Shown here: positions 56,703 to 64,000 of the stretch, piece after piece | Position numbering within the stretch: position 1 is the first letter of the stretch | How the letters are laid out: every line of letters starts with the position of its first letter | Assembly: GCF_001194135.2 (NCBI RefSeq) | Contig: NC_068982.1 | Location: 161,540,799 to 161,604,798, forward strand | Reading direction: 5' to 3' | DNA length: 64,000 nt | Source of the DNA: Octopus bimaculoides | Lineage: Eukaryota | The notes under the pieces: model-generated | The model's input: the letters and a program-made list of their open reading frames with translations, nothing else | The model's database searches: none | What the model was told of the DNA's origin: nothing | Made by a program: the position numbers and the translations under genes

Positions 56703-58603
56703 CTGAAAAAATATATAAAAGAGAAAATTAATAATAATGTCTACCCACAAATAACTGATAAACCAGTTATAATTCATGGTCCTATACTTATCTCAACTAG
56801 TTTGAGGCTCTCCTTTGCCTTCAGTTTTAATAATATTATCAACATCATTTCCCATTTTACATTGTTTTAAAGAAAAAAAGGTATTTTATTTAGGGTGTAT
56901 GAGTTTACATCACTATATTTTTGACTGGTTTATTGTCTTATTGTTGAATGTGAATGTAATCCTAGACTAGATTCAAACCAGAAGCCATTATTTCTTAACT
57001 AAGAGTAATAAAATTCTGCAAGGGTATGACTGAGAAATTTTAAGGAATTTGCAGTATCAAAACACTTTGCATATTCCCCATCAATGTTACCTACTCAAGT
57101 GGATAGAACTGTATCATATAAAAAGAGGAACTGTGAAGCCCCTTAGGTCTGAGCTGAGGAAAATCGAAAAGTCATCTTAATGAAAGGAGAAACACCCAAG
57201 CCAAGAACAACTAAATCTTTCATCCTTTACTTGTTTCAGTTATTAGACAGTGGCCATGCTGGGGCACCACCTTGAAGAATTTTAGTCAAATGAATCAACC
57301 CAAATACTTTTTTCTAAGTCTGGTACTTATTCTATCGAGCTCTTTTGCTGAACCTCCAAGTTGTGGGGACGTAAACACATGAACACTGGTTGCGAAGCAG
57401 TGGTGGGGGGACAAACACACATATGTGATGGATTTCCTTCCCTGTCTATTTATCTAATCCACTCACAAGGCTCTTATCAGCCCAAGGCTATAGTAGAAGA
57501 CATGGAATTATGAGGTTGGAACTGAACCCAGAAGCATGTAGTTGGGAAGCAAGCTTCTTACCACACAACCATGCCTGTGTCTATGATTTAAAAAGGAATA
57601 CTACATACTATTTGGGGAGAAAATTTCTATGACTGATAGAAAATCACTAGAAACTTAGAAATAACAAAGAAGCAGAGTTTGCTGAAAATCCATCTCTAAA
57701 CCCAGTATTGACATCATCATGACTATGGCTGTTATTAATGGAGGATGAATAGAAAATATACTGAAATTACAACATTAACTGAACAAAAATCTGATTTCTG
57801 ATTTTAGAGATGAAGATTCCTAGTTCAAGTCCAGTCTGGACATGTATAGACACTTTATGACAATTGAAGATCAAACTAATTGGAAATGTAGAGTAAATGT
57901 GAATAATGCAAATATACTCTTTGTAAATGAGGTTAATAGTATGAAAGATAATGTCACATACTTAAGCAGGAAGTGGGGATAATATACTCAGTTAAAAGAA
58001 ATGTTTTAATCAAGTAAGATTACACTCATTAGATAAATTATTGGTGTTAATGACTATTCTCATCAAAGGCAAAGGAAACAACAATTGAAGAAGGAAAGGC
58101 AATGTGAGTCAATGTTGTTCAACAATAGCAACTTTAGATATGTTTAGGTCTTTTCTTCAACAATGTATAGGCTTATTTATACAGATTGACTGAGAAAGTT
58201 TTGATGAAAAAACATTTACCCACAAAGCAAATATAAATAATGAAATGACAAAAAATTTACTGATATCTTGTAAATGCCTTATGTGGAAGCAGCACTGTTG
58301 TGAGATAAACCCCAAACCTGCAGAAATTTTAAACAATGCAAATTTACACATATACTGAGAATGATATTGACATTTAATCAACAATAATACCAGTGAAGGC
58401 TATTTCAAAATTCATACCAAAAACTTAGTTAAGTAATGCACTTAAGAAACATTTCATTAAAAACACTGAAAGACAAAATAAAATCTGCAAAAATTAATCA
58501 GACAAAAAAGACAAGATCATATATTTTTACCATGGTAATGTTGTTGCCATTTAGCAATATTTGGTCTAATTTTGTAACTCTACGTCCTTCAGGTGTGCTT
58601 TCA
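56670..58603 (-). CDS. LSM5: U6 snRNA-associated Sm-like protein LSm5, 3' part only (last two coding exons)
   Basis: ESTPEGRRVTKLDQILLNGNNITM + LVPGSEGPET* is nearly identical to human EITPEGRRITKLDQILLNGNNITMLVPGGEGPEV as remembered. Upstream exons were not found in the window. Confidence 0.95.
57220..57580 (-). mobile_element. tRNA-derived SINE in the last LSM5 intron
   Basis: Reverse complement of the 1127-1532 family; further copies at about 27620-27790, 33850-34090 and 54600-54720. Confidence 0.7.
58531..58603 (-). CDS. LSM5: LSM5 penultimate exon (73 nt)
   Basis: tttttag|TGAAAGC...ACCATG|gtaaaa. Confidence 0.95.
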
Positions 58604-58980
58604 CTAAAAAATTAAAAAATAAAATAGTTGATTTCATTTCTCATATGTGTGCATATACAAATAGAAGAAACAGACTTTAATACATATACATAGAATTAAT
58701 TTTGAAGCTGGTGACATACTCAGAGTTTTTTGCTATGTATGTTCTTTCAAGTGCCTGAATGAACATATGAGAAACCTCGAGTACTGAGGGAGAAACCATT
58801 AAATCTAAATGAAAAAGATATCTATAAATGTAGATAAATATCTTGCCATGTGTGTATATATAACTTCAAAATACTAAGCATAATTATTGCTAAGGAAGTT
58901 GTATGCAGTAGTCAGAGCTTAAGTGGTGCATAAATGTAAGTTTTGAGGCAAATTTCAACATCAAATACACACACATTATA

Positions 58981-60296
58981 CAAGGGGGTATGCAAAAGAA
59001 ACCAGAATATTTTGCAATGTTATTTCATTCACATAGCTTTATGTGCTTACACTTTTATTGTTTCAAAGTACTCTCCATTTGAAGCAATGCATTGGTCCAG
59101 ACATGTTTTCCACTGTTTGAAGCAGTCCTGGAACCCTTGCAAAGTGATGCCTTTTAGTGCCTCTGTTGGTTTTTTCTTCACCTCTTCCACATCTGCAAAA
59201 CGTTTTCCTTTAAGGACTTTTTTCATTCAGGGAAACAAAAAAAAAAAAAGAAAAGATTGGGTGAAGTAGGAGGGTGGGTAAGTGGAGTCTTGCCATTTTT
59301 GGTCAAAAACTGTCTGATACTCAAGGTGGTGTGCACAGGTGCGTTGTTGTGATGAAACCACCATTCTCCACTTTGCCACAGGTCGTGACATTTTCATCTC
59401 ACTGCATCTCATAAACACTTCAGAACTGCCAAGTAAAATGTCTGGTTAACAGTTTGACCAGGAGGAACAAATTCTGTGTGGACGATTCATTTCACATCGA
59501 TGAAACAAATCAGTATCATTGTAACATTGGACTCCACTTGACTTGCTCTTTTTGGGGTGTGGTGACACTGAATGCTCCCATTGACTTGATTGCTGCTTCG
59601 TTTCTGGGTCATAGCCATAGCAAGCAGCTTTTGTCACCAGTGATGACCTTCAAAAAAAAAAAGGTCTGGATCAACTTCCACCTGTTCTTTCAGTTCATGA
59701 CACACATTCAGTTGTAACTATTTCCATAAGAAAGAAAGCTATAGATTTCACTGTAACTCTTTTCATTTGCAATTCTTCACTGAAAATTCATTGGCAGGAA
59801 CTCCAGGACACACCAGTCATACCAACAAATTTGTCAATTGTTCAGCGACGGTCCTCCAAGATCAGTTCATGAATTTTTGTGATGTTTTCATTTGCTCGGG
59901 AAGTCAACAGTCGCCCTGAATGAGGTTGGTCTCCAAGCAACAAGGGACCATTCCTAAAGCGTGAAAACCACTCATAAACTTGTGTTTTGCTCATAGCAGT
60001 GTCCTTGTAAGCTGTTTGGAGCATGACCACTATTTCAGTTGTCTTTTCCTCAACAGAAAACAGAATTTCATGAAAGCATGCTGTTCCTTTGTTTCAGTCA
60101 TAGCAGAAATCAATGAACAGGGGAGAGGCACTGTAAAACAAAGACGCACCATGTGGCAATATGACTTCAGCGGACAATGCCAGTCAGTAGATTGATGCTT
60201 GAGGGTCACATCAAGTGGCTTCTAGTGGTGGAAACTTGAACTATAATGGACTTGTCCCACAGAGAACATTTCCAGTTACTTTTGGGTACCCCCTTG
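58981..60296 (-). mobile_element. Full-length (1316 bp) inactive mariner transposon
   Basis: TA on both sides; imperfect TIRs CAAGGGGGTATGCAAAAG / CAAGGGGGTACCCAAAAG; transposase pieces VYEWFSRF, ITGDKS, YDPETKQQSSQW, HHNNAPVH and LKGKRF, with stops and frameshifts. Confidence 0.9.
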
Positions 60297-60508
60297 TATA
60301 TATGTAAATAAAACAGTGACTCTACTTTACTTAAACATTCAGAGACAGCTGACAGGGTGAACATGTCCTAAACCCATGAAACTAAGTAATTTGGAGCTGA
60401 ATCAAACTTATATTTAGTAAGTCCAATCTTTCGTTTGTTCACAAATGTGTGTGTGTGTGTAGAGAGAGAGAGTGAAAGAGAAAGAGATTTGTGTGAAAAG
60501 TTTATCGT

Positions 60509-61835
60509 ATACTAGCAGAAATACCCGGCGTTGCCCGGGTTAGGGATTCACACAGACAGACAGACAGACACACACACATTCCCAATACATGTAGGATTCC
60601 TCACCATACAGGTGACAGGCACAGCTGAAAGATGCATTACGGATCTATAGCAATTGGAAGGGCATGACCCAATTGAAATAATAGCGTGTGACGTTTGGAG
60701 TAAAGGGAAATGAAAGTGTCACCTCTGGAGTTTGCAAATGACCACTATACCGATAGGTAACTGTGCAGACAAAATTTACAATCGATAAATGTCTTAGAAC
60801 AACCAGTCTCTCATCTGGGAAGGCCTTGAAATCAATGTTACCAANNNNNNNNNNNNNNNNNNNNNNNNNNNNNNNNNNNNNNNNNNNNNNNNNNNNNNNN
60901 NNNNNNNNNNNNNNNNNNNNNNNNNNNNNNNNNNNNNNNNNNNNNNNNNNNNNNNNNNNNNNNNNNNNNNNNNNNNNNNNNNNNNNNNNNNNNNNNNNNN
61001 NNNNNNNNNNNNNNNNNNNNNNNNNNNNNNNNNNNNNNNNNNNNNNNNNNNNNNNNNNNNNNNNNNNNNNNNNNNNNNNNNNNNNNNNNNNNNNNNNNNN
61101 NNNNNNNNNNNNNNNNNNNNNNNNNNNNNNNNNNNNNNNNNNNNNNNNNNNNNNNNNNNNNNNNNNNNNNNNNNNNNNNNNNNNNNNNNNNNNNNNNNNN
61201 NNNNNNNNNNNNNNNNNNNNNNNNNNNNNNNNNNNNNNNNNNNNNNNNNNNNNNNNNNNNNNNNNNNNNNNNNNNNNNNNNNNNNNNNNNNNNNNNNNNN
61301 NNNNNNNNNNNNNNNNNNNNNNNNNNNNNNNNNNNNNNNNNNNNNNNNNNNNNNNNNNNNNNNNNNNNNNNNNNNNNNNNNNNNNNNNNNNNNNNNNNNN
61401 NNNNNNNNNNNNNNNNNNNNNNNNNNNNNNNNNNNNNNNNNNNNNNNNNNNNNNNNNNNNNNNNNNNNNNNNNNNNNNNNNNNNNNNNNNNNNNNTCTCT
61501 CTCTCTCTCTCTCTCTGAAAGTATCTGTCATTACAGTATCGAAATGTGATTGTTTCAGTTAGTAGAATAATTTCATTTTTAAAGTGAAAGTATTTGACAT
61601 GAGTGTTTTTGTTTCACTTTTGACACGTAATACTTAAATAGTGGAGGAGATATTATGTTGCTGTGGGCTCGATCACTGCAAGAAGTTAAACATTTTTTTT
61701 GACTAAAACACAACTGGGACCCTAAGTAAGGCATCTGTAAAATTTGAATGAAATTGGTTGCGTAGTTCTCGAGTTTTAGGGATTCACACACACACACACA
61801 GACAGACACACATTCTCATTTTTATATATATAGAT
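60509..61835 (+). mobile_element. Non-autonomous Helitron/Helentron-like element spanning an assembly gap
   Basis: 5' tactagcagaaatacccggcgttgcccggg; 3' (caca/gaca)n followed by tttatatatataga, an architecture typical of microsatellite-bearing rolling-circle elements. Confidence 0.5.
60845..61495. other. Assembly gap
   Basis: Run of N. Confidence 0.99.
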
Positions 61836-62496
61836 ATTAGCTACTTGACTACATTAGGACCATTTATATGATTTGGGTTTAGTACATCTGAATGTGCGTG
61901 ATTTTAAAGCATCAGTCCCCCTCACCCTTCACCAACACTCACTTACTCTTTCTGTCTCTCTCTTTTATACAAACTGCTGTTGTTGCTTTTATAAGTGTTG
62001 ACTTCAAAGTAAAGTGGTTTTACAGTTTAGGTCTACTCTAAATATTAACAGTCAATCAACAAACATATCTTACCACCACCACCACCACAGTTTTAGGCGA
62101 GTTCACCAGTGTTAGAAGTGTGAGTATTTTGTTGTTAATATGGATGGTATTAAGTGTATATCGAAGGAGGGCAACATAGAGGTTATGAAAGGTCAAAAAG
62201 TATCTTTCACTATATTTACAACAAAAGAAAATCCTTCTCTCACTATTTGGTTATAACATGAAATAATCACATGTATTAAACAGCTTTGAAGGGGTGGGTT
62301 AAATATTTAGTAGTCATTATCAACCAAGGATTTCAGACATTTGTTACAGTGTCTTAAGAGTTTTAAATGAGTAAATTATTTAAACAATTCATTCCTTCAC
62401 CACCATAAGCATTGCACACGCACACATACAGTGAATGTTGTGCAGTTTGTGACCTATTTTTTAGATTTCCAGTTGTAATCATAAGAGTATTCCAGC

Positions 62497-63960
62497 TAGG
62501 GGTTGTAAAAAATAAATTGATGAAGAATTAATTGCAATATATTGGTCCAATTAATTGATTGGAGTTGTACTGCCAATTAAATAATTAATTGCTATCATAT
62601 CAATTAATTGCAGTTAATTGCAACATTGTCAGTGAAAGTTTTTCAAATGGCTCATACTTCATTCGATGCTTAATCAGCAAATACAATGTTCTATTATTAT
62701 TATTTGAAGTATTGAATTGACACTTTGCTCTGACTTCTGAGAATGATTCGCACATTCTGTCATATTTGGGAATTGGTAATTGTGTATGTTGTCAAATAAT
62801 CAGTCGAGTGATTCTTGGTTCTGACTGCCGAGAATGATTCACACATTCTGTCTTCAAGTCATTAAATCGTAACTTTGCCTGCAATGCAGTTGTATCTTGA
62901 ATTCCAATCCAATCATCATCATCATCATCGTTTAACGTCTGCTTTCCATGGGTTGAACAATTTGACTGAGGACTGGCAAGCCAGAAGGCTGCACCAGGCT
63001 CCAAACTGATCTGGCAGAGTTTCTACAGCTGGATGCTCTTCCTAACGCCAACCACTCCGAGAGTGTAGTGGGTGCTTTTACGTGCCACGCTCAAAATGGT
63101 GTTTTTTTATGTGCCACCTGCATGGGAGCCAGTCCATCGGCACTGGCAACGACCTCGCTCGAATGATTTTCTAACGTGCCACCAGCACAAGTGCTAGAAG
63201 GCAACGCTGGTTACGATCACACTCAAATGGTGCTATTTACGGGCCACTAGCACGGAAGCCAGACAGCTGCTCTGGCAATGAACACGCTCGACAGTTCTGT
63301 TAGTGCTCCACTGGTGCGACTAAATTAGACTTTCATCAGCGGAGTGGCGAAATATCTTCTAACCCATGTTGCATGAAATGAGAAAATCGTCAGAAAATAT
63401 TTTAACTAAACAGACAGTGAACTTGTATGGAAATGCAAGTGTGGAAAAAAGTTGACCCAAAAAATAGGAACTGGATGGACAAATCTTATAAATCATAAAA
63501 AACCAACATCCAGAGTATTTTACTACACCAGCAAATGGATAAATATCTTTATCGAGTTTTCTTTCACCAAGAAGTAGTTTGGTCAGTCGCTTGGCCTTAA
63601 ATGTTTATGGTTGGATTGAGTGGGTATGTGTTAGTTTAAAACCATCTTCCTTTACTGAAGACCCACTGGCTTGTAAGTACACAAACTTAGGAAGTATGAC
63701 AAATGTGACCTTAAAGAAATACATGGAGAAACTTACTCGAGAAGTGGAAAAGCAAATATCTGATGAACTTCCAAGTAACTTATCATTGGTAATCGACATT
63801 TGGACTAAGGGTTTGACGCATTTCATTGGACCTTTTGCATCTTATTCATGCAATTACCAAAATGAATATCGTACTGTTTTGCTAAAGATGGAAAGGTGTT
63901 GTTTATTGGAAGTTTTGCTGTCATTTCTGCACATTAAGCAAACATGGAAAGACCTTCGTG
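62497..63960 (+). mobile_element. hAT-type transposon remnant with BED zinc finger, frameshifted and apparently internally deleted
   Basis: TAGGGGTTG terminus with repeated AATTAATTG; WKCKCGKK...GTGWTNLINH (63428-63500); then VYGWIEWV...TLKKYM...LSLVIDIWT...HFIG.FASY (63579-63890). Confidence 0.7.
62912..63310 (-). mobile_element. RTE 3'-tail copy with tandem array, inserted in the hAT remnant
   Basis: (atc)n gtttaacgtctgctttccatggg tail and repeated gtgccacc units. Confidence 0.75.
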
Positions 63961-64000
63961 GTTAGTGACACAGACATACACACTGATTTCTTACATAGAG

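Noticed and set aside
56770-56870. Minus-strand open stretch WEMMLIILLKLKAKESLKLVEI with a gtatag donor
   Set aside because: No usable acceptor, and the phase is incompatible with the LSM5 last exon.

Overview
AT-rich, intron- and microsatellite-rich animal genomic DNA. The SINE, RTE and Penelope repeat repertoire looks like an octopus (coleoid cephalopod) genome; this is inference, not a database result. Three conserved spliceosomal genes can be built by hand with GT-AG junctions and a continuous reading frame. (1) ALKBH3 is complete on the minus strand: 7 coding exons, 5168-15539, 282 aa. (2) TRAPPC10 is complete on the plus strand, head-to-head with ALKBH3: 22 coding exons, 17733-49480, 1132 aa, with one U12-type intron. 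(3) The last two coding exons of LSM5 lie on the minus strand (56670-58603). Between TRAPPC10 and LSM5 is a chain of splice-site-flanked segments that may be an unannotated minus-strand transcript. Introns and intergenic DNA hold an RTE LINE and many of its 3' tails with variable minisatellites, tRNA/Nin-type SINEs, CR1/L2 fragments, a full-length dead mariner, a BED-finger hAT remnant, a Helitron-like element and Penelope-like remnants. The most striking non-coding signals are two hammerhead ribozyme folds with long rod-like stem II extensions inside TRAPPC10 introns: one intact and antisense, one degenerate and sense. There are five assembly gaps. Almost all ORFs in the supplied track are spurious or repeat-derived.
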